Of a DNA stretch of 64,000 nucleotides, positions 31,528 through 41,077 are shown in pieces. The translations under genes and the position numbers were made by a program. Position 1 is the stretch's first letter. The number at the start of each line of letters is the position of its first letter. This DNA is from Smithellaceae bacterium (GTDB lineage: Bacteria; Desulfobacterota; Syntrophia; Syntrophales; Smithellaceae). The notes beneath the pieces were generated by a model. That model saw only the letters and a program-made list of their open reading frames with translations, was not told the DNA's origin and did not search any database. Where the stretch lies: assembly GCA_963667845.2 (NCBI GenBank), contig CAXXVL010000002.1:2688001-2752000 (forward strand), read 5' to 3'.

Positions 31528-32658
31528 TTATTTGATCATTTCCGCAAAGCTCTGAATTCTCGTCCTGATCTGCTGGGCCGAATCAATTTTTTGTTCGATT
31601 TCCAGATACAAAATGGGAATCCCGGCAGCTTCAAGTTCCTTCTTATATATCGGATAGTCAAATTCTTCCGGATTGCAAAATTTCATCATAGAAACAACAA
31701 CACCGTCGGCTTTATTTTCTCTGACCAGATCAATCAGTATCTTCCCGTGTAATTTTGCTTCGTCATACAAGAGTGAGCATCCCTCATGATCCGCCATCCG
31801 ATAGGCCAGTTTCTCGAGAGCCGTTCCTTCGTTGCGGACGCTGGTTCTGAATTGTCTTGACTCCTGCGCCAGATCGTCTGCAACAAAAGCGATATGGTTC
31901 TGTACAAAAGCATCGAGTAATGCATCCGTCTCGGCAAGAATGCCTGTTATTACGACTTTTATTCCGTCAAATGTTTCAGCGGGAAGTTTATTCAATTCTT
32001 CCAGCAGTTCCCTGATCAGGGCCGTATAGATCTTCTTATCCGTAAAATAAGCGGCTTTGATTACCAGATGGCGCGTTTTTGCATTCAATGTTTTCGGGTA
32101 TTTGCCGACGGTCGCCGTAAAGTTCCGCATCGTTTTTCGATAGTCTTCATAAAGGACAATACTTTCCTCAAGATCCGTCTCCGATATTTTCCGGTCCGCT
32201 ATTTTTTCAAACTCGCCTTGCACTCTTCTATATTCTTCGATGAGATAATCAACGCCGGCTTGAATTTTCCGATGCTGCGGGTAAACCACCGGGATCAAAT
32301 ATGTCTGAGGTACGGCAACCTTCCAGTTGTCGCAAATACATTTCATGGTGTCGCAATAAGCGGGGATAACAATAGCTGATAAAAAGTCATACATACCTTT
32401 CATTCCCTGCTCGACATTGATCCGCATAATGGAACAGCAGAAACTTTGCAGGTATTTATCGGCCAGCTTAACGCCCGTTTGTCCTCCCCAAAGTCCGACA
32501 GGCAGCAGGCCCGCCGCATAAATGATTTCGTCAGGCGTATAGTAGGGAAAACAGCCAACGGCCTTTTTCCCGGTTTCCTTCATGGAGGCCTTTACGGCTT
32601 TTGCCGGATGGTTTGCTGTGTTTTCTAAAGATGATATGATTTCCTGTATACGGTTCAT
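31528..32658 (-). CDS. 2-hydroxyacyl-CoA dehydratase beta subunit (HgdB/HadC/FldC-like)
   Basis: GCFPYYTP.E, FCCS, YCDTMKC, MKFCNPEEFDYP, TRIQSF. Confidence 0.88.
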   Translation of the reverse strand: MNRIQEIISSLENTANHPAKAVKASMKETGKKAVGCFPYYTPDEIIYAAGLLPVGLWGGQTGVKLADKYLQSFCCSIMRINVEQGMKGMYDFLSAIVIPAYCDTMKCICDNWKVAVPQTYLIPVVYPQHRKIQAGVDYLIEEYRRVQGEFEKIADRKISETDLEESIVLYEDYRKTMRNFTATVGKYPKTLNAKTRHLVIKAAYFTDKKIYTALIRELLEELNKLPAETFDGIKVVITGILAETDALLDAFVQNHIAFVADDLAQESRQFRTSVRNEGTALEKLAYRMADHEGCSLLYDEAKLHGKILIDLVRENKADGVVVSMMKFCNPEEFDYPIYKKELEAAGIPILYLEIEQKIDSAQQIRTRIQSFAEMIK

Positions 32659-33881
32659 TTGCCACCCGGCCTTTCTTTCTTTCTGTGTTCCATCATTTCC
32701 ATAAGAGCCTGGATTCTGGTCTCATATTGTCCCAGGGAGAAAGCTCTCGGATCGGTCTGATCCCCGTCAAACATGACAGACGCTACTCCGGTCCGCTCTC
32801 CCACTTGCCGCTGCACTTCGTACTGTCGGAAATCCATCAGTTTGCAGCTTCTATTGGAATGGTAAATAATGCCGTCCAGGGAAAAATCATTCACAATCTG
32901 GACGATATTATCCACGCCGTAATCCAGGCAGCGGTTCGCATAATTAGAACTGTAGGCTCTGGCCATGGCGTCTAAATCATTGCTGTCATAAACAATCGTC
33001 CATGAACCGGGATAGGTCGACGTGACCATGTTGATTCCATTTTTCTTTAATATTTTGGAAGTGTCCGACAGATGCGGCCAGCAGGCGATCCCGTCCCACA
33101 TGATCCGGTATTTTTCCGGCTGCTCCTTCCAGGGTCCTTCGCCGCGGTCGATTTTCCCCTGCAGTTCTTGGGCCCATGTTTTGAAGAGATCAAGGCCTTC
33201 TTGTTTTCCCCTCATGCAGACAATGACCGCCATGTAATTGAATAAATCAAACCCGTTGAATGGAGAGGGCCGGGCGGCGGCCAGGTCCGTCGCTTTTTTC
33301 CACCACGACGCCGTCTGGGCCGATATTTTCATGACTTCCTTAAAACGGTCGTGATCAAATTTTTTGTCGGTGATCTGCTCCAGTTGTGTAATGGCATGCT
33401 CGATTTGTCCCCGCATGTATTTGACACTGTAGGTCGGCACATCATAGGTGTGATTAAAAGGCATATCAAATAAGATCATCGGAATACGCAGTTCTCTGGC
33501 CAGATTTTCATACCATTTGATAACCGTATTGCAAATGTTGTTGCAGCAAAATATAAAATCCGGCAGAGGAATATTCCCGGCGATACTTGATCTTACGTTC
33601 ATGTATCCGATGTTCACTCTTGCATACGAGCACAAATCCATAGAGTATCCGTTTTTTTCCGCATCATCGAGAAAAGTCTGCGCATCTTTTCTTGCTCCGA
33701 TCACCGCCGCATGGTTTTCCGGATATACAACCTTGATATCCATCGTCTCCAAAAGCTCTTGCGGGGCAATCGATGTCGCCCAGGCCACAATCTCTCCCGA
33801 CTTCTTCGCTTCCAGAGCATCTTCATAATGTTTGGAGATTATTTTCCCTAACATTTCTTTTGAAGACATCTTCTGATCCAT
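32655..33881 (-). CDS. 2-hydroxyacyl-CoA dehydratase alpha subunit (HgdA/HadB/FldB-like)
   Basis: YPENH, DLCSYAR, CNNICN, NRSCK, FDGDQTDPR, QYETRIQAL. Confidence 0.9.
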   Translation of the reverse strand: MDQKMSSKEMLGKIISKHYEDALEAKKSGEIVAWATSIAPQELLETMDIKVVYPENHAAVIGARKDAQTFLDDAEKNGYSMDLCSYARVNIGYMNVRSSIAGNIPLPDFIFCCNNICNTVIKWYENLARELRIPMILFDMPFNHTYDVPTYSVKYMRGQIEHAITQLEQITDKKFDHDRFKEVMKISAQTASWWKKATDLAAARPSPFNGFDLFNYMAVIVCMRGKQEGLDLFKTWAQELQGKIDRGEGPWKEQPEKYRIMWDGIACWPHLSDTSKILKKNGINMVTSTYPGSWTIVYDSNDLDAMARAYSSNYANRCLDYGVDNIVQIVNDFSLDGIIYHSNRSCKLMDFRQYEVQRQVGERTGVASVMFDGDQTDPRAFSLGQYETRIQALMEMMEHRKKERPGGK

Positions 33882-34039
33882 AATAATTTATCTCCTTTTA
33901 ACGTAACTCCTCCGGCCTCATTAATCTGACAACTGAAGTCATCTGAACGGTCTGTGCTGATCCTCCGGGCAGTTACAATATATTCTTTTCCGTTTATTTG
34001 CAGGGCTTATGAAAAAATAAAATCGGCAGTACTGATTTT

Positions 34040-35410
34040 TTAGCAGACGCGGCTGCTGTATTTCCATATCCCCATCTTTTCGGCTTCACGAACCAACTCG
34101 TCACGAAAATCCGGATGGGCGATATTGATCAGTGCCTCCGCTCGTTGCCAGGTTGATTTTGCTTTCATGCAGGCGACGCCATATTCGGTTACGATATTGT
34201 GTGTTGCTTGTCTCGGGATGGTTACAATCGTGCCGGCATCAAGGCGGGCGCGAATCATGCTTTTGATCTGACCATTTTTCATTCGATAAGTTGAGGGTGT
34301 GCAAAGGAAGCTTTGTCCGCCTTTGGACATATAAGCCCCCAGGACGAAATCCAGTTGGCCGCCATTGCCGCCGATGTGCTGCATGCCCACCGATTCCGAA
34401 TTTACCTGTCCAAACAAATCCACTTCCAGGCAACTGTTGATTGATACAAAGTTATCTAGCTGGGCCACAACATCTAATGCATTAACATAGTCAACAGGAC
34501 AGCACAGATGCAGGGGGTTCCTGTCTATAAATTCGTAAAGTTCCCGGGATCCCATGCAAAATGTCCACACCATTTTGCCGCGATCCAGTTTTTTGTTGCC
34601 GGTAATTTTCCCGGCCTTATAGAGGTTCAAAAAGGCATCTACAAACATTTCCGAATGAACGCTCAGGTCACCGATGTCCGACTCGGCAATCAAACCGCCC
34701 ACGCAATTGGGAAGACCGCCGATACCCAGCTGCAGAGTGCTGCCGTTTCTGATTAAGGGAACAATATGCTTGGCAATTTCCCGGTCAACAGCGGATGGCT
34801 CTTTCGACAGACGTTCGGGAAGATCGCGATTGCCGCCATGTACGATATAATCGATCTCCGACAGATGCAGCGTATAGCCATTAGCCCCGCACACCTGCGG
34901 CATTTTTTCGTTAACTTCCACGATGACGACCCGGGCTCTTTCAATAACGGCTACGGCATCCGATACCTGGGGGCCGAGGTTGAAATATCCGTGCTTATCC
35001 ATCGGGGCGACCTGCAGCATGGCCACATCGATCTTGGCGTCCTGTCGCCAGTACTTCAGTTGCTCCCGGTACTGTACGGGTATGTACCAGCACGAGCCTT
35101 CCTTGTTCATTTGTCGTTCGATAGTGCTGAACTGACTGGTCTGCCATCGGCAATGTTCGGAATGGGGATCGGCCCGGACGACGGCGGGCTTATGTGCGTA
35201 AGGCCAGATGCTGGCAATCGTCTTTATATCCCGTAATTCATGAATCCGACGGGCCAGGGCTTCATCCAGATCATAGACAGCTCCGCAAAAAGCACCGAAG
35301 TGAATCAGATCTCCCGATTTTATTGCTTTGACGGCTTCATCCGTAGAGACCAGTTTAGCTTTATAGTCGTCGGCCAAGCCTAGTTCTCCCTTTAAGGCTA
35401 ATTTAGCCAT
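34040..35410 (-). CDS. Acetyl-CoA hydrolase/CoA-transferase family (butyryl-CoA:acetate or 4-hydroxybutyrate CoA-transferase-like)
   Basis: PMDKHGYFN, TLQLGIGG, HSEM, GGNGGQLDF, VTEYG, LINIAHPDFR. Confidence 0.9.
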   Translation of the reverse strand: MAKLALKGELGLADDYKAKLVSTDEAVKAIKSGDLIHFGAFCGAVYDLDEALARRIHELRDIKTIASIWPYAHKPAVVRADPHSEHCRWQTSQFSTIERQMNKEGSCWYIPVQYREQLKYWRQDAKIDVAMLQVAPMDKHGYFNLGPQVSDAVAVIERARVVIVEVNEKMPQVCGANGYTLHLSEIDYIVHGGNRDLPERLSKEPSAVDREIAKHIVPLIRNGSTLQLGIGGLPNCVGGLIAESDIGDLSVHSEMFVDAFLNLYKAGKITGNKKLDRGKMVWTFCMGSRELYEFIDRNPLHLCCPVDYVNALDVVAQLDNFVSINSCLEVDLFGQVNSESVGMQHIGGNGGQLDFVLGAYMSKGGQSFLCTPSTYRMKNGQIKSMIRARLDAGTIVTIPRQATHNIVTEYGVACMKAKSTWQRAEALINIAHPDFRDELVREAEKMGIWKYSSRVC

Positions 35411-35435
35411 ATTGAATACTTCCTTTCTTCGTTTT

Positions 35436-36740
35436 TTAGTGTCCCATCAGTTTGACAAAAAATAAAGACACGGCCGGGATATAGGTTGTAATGAGCAACG
35501 TTGGAATACACACGGCGATTAATCCCAGGATCGGACGTAAAACTTTGTCCATACTCAGGTTCGCCACCCGGCAGGCGACAAAAATGTTGCAGGCAAACGG
35601 CGGCGTAATCATACCGATCTCGAGATTGAGGAGCATAACGGCGGCAAAATGAATGGGATGCACGCCGTAGGCCACAGCGGCCGGAGCCAGGATGGGGGCC
35701 AGCAGAAGAATGCTCGTGTTGGTTTCCATGAACATGCCGACAAGGAGCAGCACCCCATTGACCATGAGCAGAAAGATGGTCGGCGATTTGGTAATGCTGA
35801 GCAGCCAGTCAGTCACCGCGGTGGCGCAGTCGCCATAAGTAAACATGGCACTGGGAATCGCCGCAAAGGCGATAAGGAGCATAATGGCCGCGCTGGTGAC
35901 GGCGCTTTTCTTGGTGATGGAGATGAGGCCTTCTCCGGTTTTGTCCTTGAAGATGAGCGGGTAGAGCACCCAGCCGGCCAAAAGCCCGTAAGCCACAGCG
36001 ACGGCTCCGGCTTCGGTCGGTGTCATGATGCCGCCGTAAACTCCCACGAAGATGATAATGGGCATGAACAGTGCAACGAGACCCCGGGAGGACGTTTTAC
36101 CGACTTTCTTAAAATAGAGGAGGGCATTGAAATCGCCCGTCTCCTGTACTTCCTGGTGAGCGTAGAAGATGCGGTTGTAAACGCAATAGAAAATAGTCAG
36201 GAGCACCCCGGGAATGGCTGTAGCCAGCCACACATCCCCGACGGGCAGGCCGACGGCCAGAGCGTAAACCACGCCCGGAATGCTGGGGGGGATAAGAATG
36301 CCCAGAAATCCGGAAGCGGCGATCAAGGCGGTGGCATATTTCTTGTCATAACCCGCTTTCTCCATTTCGGGCAGCATCATGCCGCCGATGGCGCTGACGG
36401 TGGCCACGGAGGAACCCGAAATCGTGCCGAACATAGCCGAGGTGATGACGGTAGTAGCGCCGATGCTGCCTTTCATCCGCCCCGTCAGAGCCCGCACCCA
36501 CCCGATCAATGCAGTGGTGATGCCGCCCAGGGCCATGATATCTCCCGAGTAGATGAAGGCGGGGATGGCCAGAAATGCAAAAGAATCGACGCTATTGAAT
36601 ATTCTGGCCGGAATAATCGTCAGCGGGATATCTCCCAGCAGCATGCAGAGGATGCCGGCCAATCCGGCGCTAAAGGGTATGGGAATGCGCAGGACAGCCA
36701 GAAGCACAAATAATAAAATAAACATTCCTACGAGATACAT
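35436..36740 (-). CDS. dctM: TRAP transporter large permease (DctM)
   Basis: LAIPAF, ISGSSVAT, GILIPPS, TPTEAG, GMITPP. Confidence 0.92.
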   Translation of the reverse strand: MYLVGMFILLFVLLAVLRIPIPFSAGLAGILCMLLGDIPLTIIPARIFNSVDSFAFLAIPAFIYSGDIMALGGITTALIGWVRALTGRMKGSIGATTVITSAMFGTISGSSVATVSAIGGMMLPEMEKAGYDKKYATALIAASGFLGILIPPSIPGVVYALAVGLPVGDVWLATAIPGVLLTIFYCVYNRIFYAHQEVQETGDFNALLYFKKVGKTSSRGLVALFMPIIIFVGVYGGIMTPTEAGAVAVAYGLLAGWVLYPLIFKDKTGEGLISITKKSAVTSAAIMLLIAFAAIPSAMFTYGDCATAVTDWLLSITKSPTIFLLMVNGVLLLVGMFMETNTSILLLAPILAPAAVAYGVHPIHFAAVMLLNLEIGMITPPFACNIFVACRVANLSMDKVLRPILGLIAVCIPTLLITTYIPAVSLFFVKLMGH

Positions 36741-37288
36741 GATGTTTTTTCTCCGTCTGCAAACTCATACCCCATGGGGCCCTGGCCGGACAGGTTGAGG
36801 ACAATCAGGGCTACACTGTGCAGGATACTCAGGGCAAGACCCAGGAACATCGATCCGGTGACGACCCAGAGCGGCATCAACATCGCGGTGGAAACCTGCC
36901 CCATCCGGAACTGATCCACAACCAGCCAGTAGGTTTCATAGGCCACTAGAGACAGGCAGATGATGGTGCCCACGTCGCGCACGACATTCATGAAGATGCC
37001 GGCCTTGATTTTTCCTGGTTGGTTCTTGATAAAACGATCAATGGCCAGCTCGGTAAAATTAATTTCGATATGCCCGCGTTGGGCTGTGGCAATGGCGGCG
37101 CCTAGGAAGGTGCAGCACACGAACAGGTAGCGGCACAGTTCCTCGGAAAAGGAGAGAGGAATTTCCAGTATATACCGGCAAATCACCTGTAGGATCATCA
37201 CAATCAGCATCAGCACGAAAAGCGGCACGGTAACCCAGTACTCGATCCCCCGCAGGGCATTGACAAATTTATCCAGTATTTTAATCAT
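36728..37288 (-). CDS. dctQ: TRAP transporter small permease (DctQ)
   Basis: Four TM segments, QVICRY, SEELCRY, GHI; lies between dctP and dctM. Confidence 0.9.
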   Translation of the reverse strand: MIKILDKFVNALRGIEYWVTVPLFVLMLIVMILQVICRYILEIPLSFSEELCRYLFVCCTFLGAAIATAQRGHIEINFTELAIDRFIKNQPGKIKAGIFMNVVRDVGTIICLSLVAYETYWLVVDQFRMGQVSTAMLMPLWVVTGSMFLGLALSILHSVALIVLNLSGQGPMGYEFADGEKTSCIS

Positions 37289-37310
37289 TTGATGGTTCCT
37301 TTGTTGCTTT

Positions 37311-37360
37311 TTTAGCGGAGGGGCAAGCGGGTTTTCTTCGCCGCCTCCCCTCCGTTAAAA
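37311..37360 (-). promoter_or_regulatory. Intercistronic stem-loop between dctP and dctQ
   Basis: TTTAGCGGAGGGG...CCCCTCCGTTAAA inverted repeat, at the position where stabilising or attenuating hairpins usually follow solute-binding-protein genes. Confidence 0.6.
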
Positions 37361-37378
37361 GCACTTGGCAGTTTTTGG

Positions 37379-38404
37379 CTATTTTTTCCCGGCAGCTTCC
37401 TTCCTGACTCTCTCCATCACTTCCTTGGTATACGTCTTTTCATACTTCGCATCAGCCCAGATCTTGGCCGCAACCTCCTTCAGGTCGTTTACCAATTCGG
37501 GGGTGGGTTCTATCACCTGCATGCCGGTCTTGGCCATGGCCGCATAGTCTTTGCTGACATTTTCGCGGTTCACTTTGACCTGGATGTCGGCTGCCTTCTT
37601 GGCGGCGGCGGCGACTATCTTCTGCTGATCCGGGGTCAGCTTGTCCCAGGACTTTTTAGACATACACATTTCCATAGCGGAATAAATCTGCTGCGCTTTG
37701 GTGGCATATTTCTGGAACTGGTACAGACCCAAGTCATAAGTGATGATGGCGCCATTGTCCTGACCATCGACGGTTCCCTGCTGCAGGGCGGTGGTCAGTT
37801 CGGTAATGGCCATGGGGGTGGGAAGCACGCCCAGCGCTTTATAGAAATCGATATACATGGGCACTTCCGGGACTCTCAGCTTCAAGCCTTTGAAATCTTC
37901 ACCTTTGGTAATGGGTCGTTTGGAATTGGTCAGCCCGCGGTAATCGTTTTCACCGATGCCGAGCACCTTGACGCCTTTGCCATCCATATATTTAGTAACA
38001 TACTGTCCGATCCAGCCATTGCGGTATTTTGCATCAACCTCGGCATAGTTTTTAAAAAGGTAGGGCAGGTTTACGAACCCCAACTCGGGATAGACGGCCG
38101 CCAGACCGATGTCGGAACTCCAGGCCATATCCAGATCGCCGCGCACGACGGCTTCCACCATCTGGCGCTCTCCGCCCATGACGCCGCCGCCGTGGATGGT
38201 TACTTTAACAGCGCCGTTTGTCTTAGACTCGATATCCTGTTTAAATGTTTTCGCAGCCACAGAATAGGAATGAGTGGGTGATACAGTAAAACCGATACGA
38301 ATGGTCGTGGCGGCGTTTACATCCCCTGGCTTGGCTCCGGTGATGCATACGGCAAAAGCCAGTACCAGCATAATCACGAATGTTTTCATTTTGTTACTTT
38401 TCAA
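37379..38404 (-). CDS. dctP: TRAP transporter substrate-binding protein (DctP)
   Basis: Signal peptide, ENDYRGLTN, DFKGLKLRVP, ALQQGTVDGQDN; AGGAGG RBS. Confidence 0.92.
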   Translation of the reverse strand: MKSNKMKTFVIMLVLAFAVCITGAKPGDVNAATTIRIGFTVSPTHSYSVAAKTFKQDIESKTNGAVKVTIHGGGVMGGERQMVEAVVRGDLDMAWSSDIGLAAVYPELGFVNLPYLFKNYAEVDAKYRNGWIGQYVTKYMDGKGVKVLGIGENDYRGLTNSKRPITKGEDFKGLKLRVPEVPMYIDFYKALGVLPTPMAITELTTALQQGTVDGQDNGAIITYDLGLYQFQKYATKAQQIYSAMEMCMSKKSWDKLTPDQQKIVAAAAKKAADIQVKVNRENVSKDYAAMAKTGMQVIEPTPELVNDLKEVAAKIWADAKYEKTYTKEVMERVRKEAAGKK

Positions 38405-38716
38405 AATATGGCCCTCCTAACAGTTTTTTAATGGTTCGGCGAAATGGCTGGATCGTCTGAGATTTAGATGCCTGCCGTTGCCGTAATGCGACTCTTTCCG
38501 GCAGATGCAGGAGAGAATCAAAACTTGCGCTACCTCTGAGGCTCATCCATGATGATGACTTCTGCTTCTTTCTTGATGCAAATACTTGGCGGCGTCGACC
38601 GGTCAAGGGATAAAATAGTTTAAATACCGATTGACGGATAAAAACCGTAAACTAACAATCAATTTAATACAATGTTAAAGATATAATACATTTATACTAT
38701 ATACGATATCATATAT

Positions 38717-40240
38717 CTAAAGATATTGAGCGAGATGAGATTTCAGGTTGGCTTTTTGATTATTCAGTCCCAGCTTGTTCCTAAGCCGGTACCGATGCAC
38801 ATCAATTGCGCTTTTGGATACATTCATGATGTCAGCGATCTCTTTACTGTTTCTACCTTCTTTGATAAAGTTGGCAATCTGAATTTCTTTAGGCGTGAGA
38901 TTCATATATTTCGAAGACAACTTACGTGAAAATGGAGCGATAATATCTTTCAGGTTTGATTCAAGGATGCCGAGATAAGCCAAAGATTTTGGATCCACTT
39001 TGCCATTTCGAGTTCTTTCCACATAGGGGAGGACGAATTCTTTCACATTTGTGAGCACCTTTTCCTCGAGTTCTTCCCGATCATTTTCACGTTGCTTCAG
39101 CAGGACTCTCAATGCTGTGTTCAATTCCTCGAGGTTGAGCGTTTTGATCCTCAATTCTTGTTCTCTATTTTTAAGTCCTTGTTCCGCCTCTTTCCAGGCA
39201 GTGATGTCTGTGAATGAGACAACGCTCTTTTTTGTTCCTGGAATTATATCGGCGGTCAGGAACATATTTCTGATTTTCCCCTTGCTGTCAATTAATTCGT
39301 GTTCAAAATTCCGGGGTGCGGCATGGGGATCGAGTCGTCTGAGCCGATGGGTCTTTTTCATGCGTGCGAGATCCTTCTTAGGGATATACTCTGGCCACTT
39401 TCTTTTCCCTTCCCACTCTGTCCTGCGATATCCGGTCATATTTTCGAATTCAGAATTAAGCAGTGATATGGTCATGTCATCTTCTACAATAATAGTTGCC
39501 GTTCCCGTTGTTTCAAAGATGGCGCGATAGAGATTTTCGGATTCCTGTAACTTGCTCTTAACGATCTTTCGCTCCGTAATGTTCATGAAATTTCCAAGGA
39601 TCGCCGGTTTTCCCTGAAAGATAGTGCTGGTGACAGTTTCCATCACCCAGCAAATATCCCCTTGCTTCGTGACAATCCTGAATTCATAAGGAGACAAATG
39701 CCTACCTTTCAGCATGTCCCGGGCATTTCTTTTTACGTTTTCCAGATCTTCGGGAAAGATAAGACTGTCCGATCTTTTGCCGATCAGTTCCTCTAAACCA
39801 TAGCCAGTAAATGATGCCATAAGGGGATTGACGGCCTGGAAAGTTCCCTCCCGGGAAACATAAATGCCGGCAAGTGAGCTTTCCCAGATCGTTTTGAAAT
39901 TATGTGCATTTTCCTCCAATGAGAGATTCATCGTTTTCATTCGGTGGCTTTCTTCTTCAGAAGAGATATCGTCTTGATGTATAACTTTTTTTTGCATGGC
40001 ATCTGTTTTCTTCACCGCGGTTTGAACGCTGGAATTTTCGTCGGGAGAAAGCATCAGTAGATCCTTGGTAGAAAATCGGGAGAGGGAGCGGATGAGAGTC
40101 TCGATATTGCCGCTTTGCTGAAGAAAGTCCAGTCGTCCGATGGTAGCAATGACTCGTTGATTTATTTTATTGTGATTTCTGTGATTCTCGACAAGTTGAA
40201 GATAGGCGTTGCGGCCTGATTTTTTTATTCGCGCAAACAT
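38717..40240 (-). CDS. PAS-PAS-LuxR(HTH) transcriptional regulator with an N-terminal IS1634-transposase-like segment
   Basis: Two PAS/PAC domains (NITERK, DITAWK), coiled coil, C-terminal LTPKEIQIA...SKEIADIM...HRYRLRNKL HTH; AAGGAG RBS before ATG 40240 (MFARIKKSG). Confidence 0.85.
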   Translation of the reverse strand: MFARIKKSGRNAYLQLVENHRNHNKINQRVIATIGRLDFLQQSGNIETLIRSLSRFSTKDLLMLSPDENSSVQTAVKKTDAMQKKVIHQDDISSEEESHRMKTMNLSLEENAHNFKTIWESSLAGIYVSREGTFQAVNPLMASFTGYGLEELIGKRSDSLIFPEDLENVKRNARDMLKGRHLSPYEFRIVTKQGDICWVMETVTSTIFQGKPAILGNFMNITERKIVKSKLQESENLYRAIFETTGTATIIVEDDMTISLLNSEFENMTGYRRTEWEGKRKWPEYIPKKDLARMKKTHRLRRLDPHAAPRNFEHELIDSKGKIRNMFLTADIIPGTKKSVVSFTDITAWKEAEQGLKNREQELRIKTLNLEELNTALRVLLKQRENDREELEEKVLTNVKEFVLPYVERTRNGKVDPKSLAYLGILESNLKDIIAPFSRKLSSKYMNLTPKEIQIANFIKEGRNSKEIADIMNVSKSAIDVHRYRLRNKLGLNNQKANLKSHLAQYL

Positions 40241-40965
40241 AATATTCTCCTTAAAGGACACTCCATATTTTCAAGATATCTCTTAAATGTCAAGTAATAT
40301 GTGACTTATTTATGGCACTACTTAAAAAAAAGAAAATGAAATCGATCCTATCAGCCCCGGGGTGTTTCCGGTGGGAAGAATCAACTGATCCTTTTCTGAA
40401 GGGATAGCGAGAAGTCATATAAAAGGAAAATGGATAATGATTTCTTATGTTGCCGTTTACACGAGGTTTACCTTTCAACCAATAGCGGTGATCCGAGGTT
40501 GGCTCATTTTTTTGCTAACATTAATGTTCTCGTTATGTTGAACGTATTCATTGTGGTCCGATCTTCGTCCGGGAACATAAAGATCTTATTCCGAGTATTC
40601 ATATAATTTAGAATAATTATAAACATATTCAATATAATAAATCGTATTTGATGGCACTACATTTTTGAATATCTGATTGGAGCCTGATTTAAGTGTGGCA
40701 TCTGGATTGCTTATTGCTGTTGCTGTTGAATGATTGCTTTCCCTTGACTATGAGAAATAACTTTGCGTTGAGGATCAACTGAGTTTGAGTTGAAAGAATT
40801 GAGATGGCCCGGTGGCCCTTTTGAATAGAAATAATCAGATTGTTTCCAACGGAACATCAAATGGCGTAAAAATATAAAGCGAATAAGCATACAGGGGGAT
40901 TTAACTGGCTGATTATTTGGCATATTCATATCATCAGTTTATGTTGCTTTATGCTATGAATTATA

Positions 40966-41009
40966 CTCATAACCTTAAGGTTATAGGTTAAAATTCTATC
41001 CCGCTGCCA
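40966..41009 (+). repeat. Degenerate copy of the tRNA-fMet 3' half (att-like direct repeat)
   Basis: CTCATAACCTTAAGGTTATAGGTTAAAATTCTATCCCGCTGCCA versus tRNA CTCATAACCCAAAGGTCATAGGTTCAAATCCTATCCCCGCTACCA. Confidence 0.8.
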
Positions 41010-41016
41010 AAATAAG

Positions 41017-41049
41017 AAAAGGGCTGGAATTCATATTCCAGCCCTTTTT
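41017..41049. terminator. Bidirectional intrinsic terminator
   Basis: AAAAGGGCTGGAAT-TCAT-ATTCCAGCCCTTTTT. Confidence 0.8.
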
Positions 41050-41077
41050 CAATTATACCTGAGCCACTTTACGAACA

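Noticed and set aside
35649..36713. 354-aa plus-strand ORF (likewise 8644-9597, 19768-20727, 45668-46882)
   Set aside because: Antisense shadows of well-supported genes
40966..41009. A second functional tRNA-Met
   Set aside because: The 5' half is absent and the T-loop (TTC) and anticodon stem are disrupted
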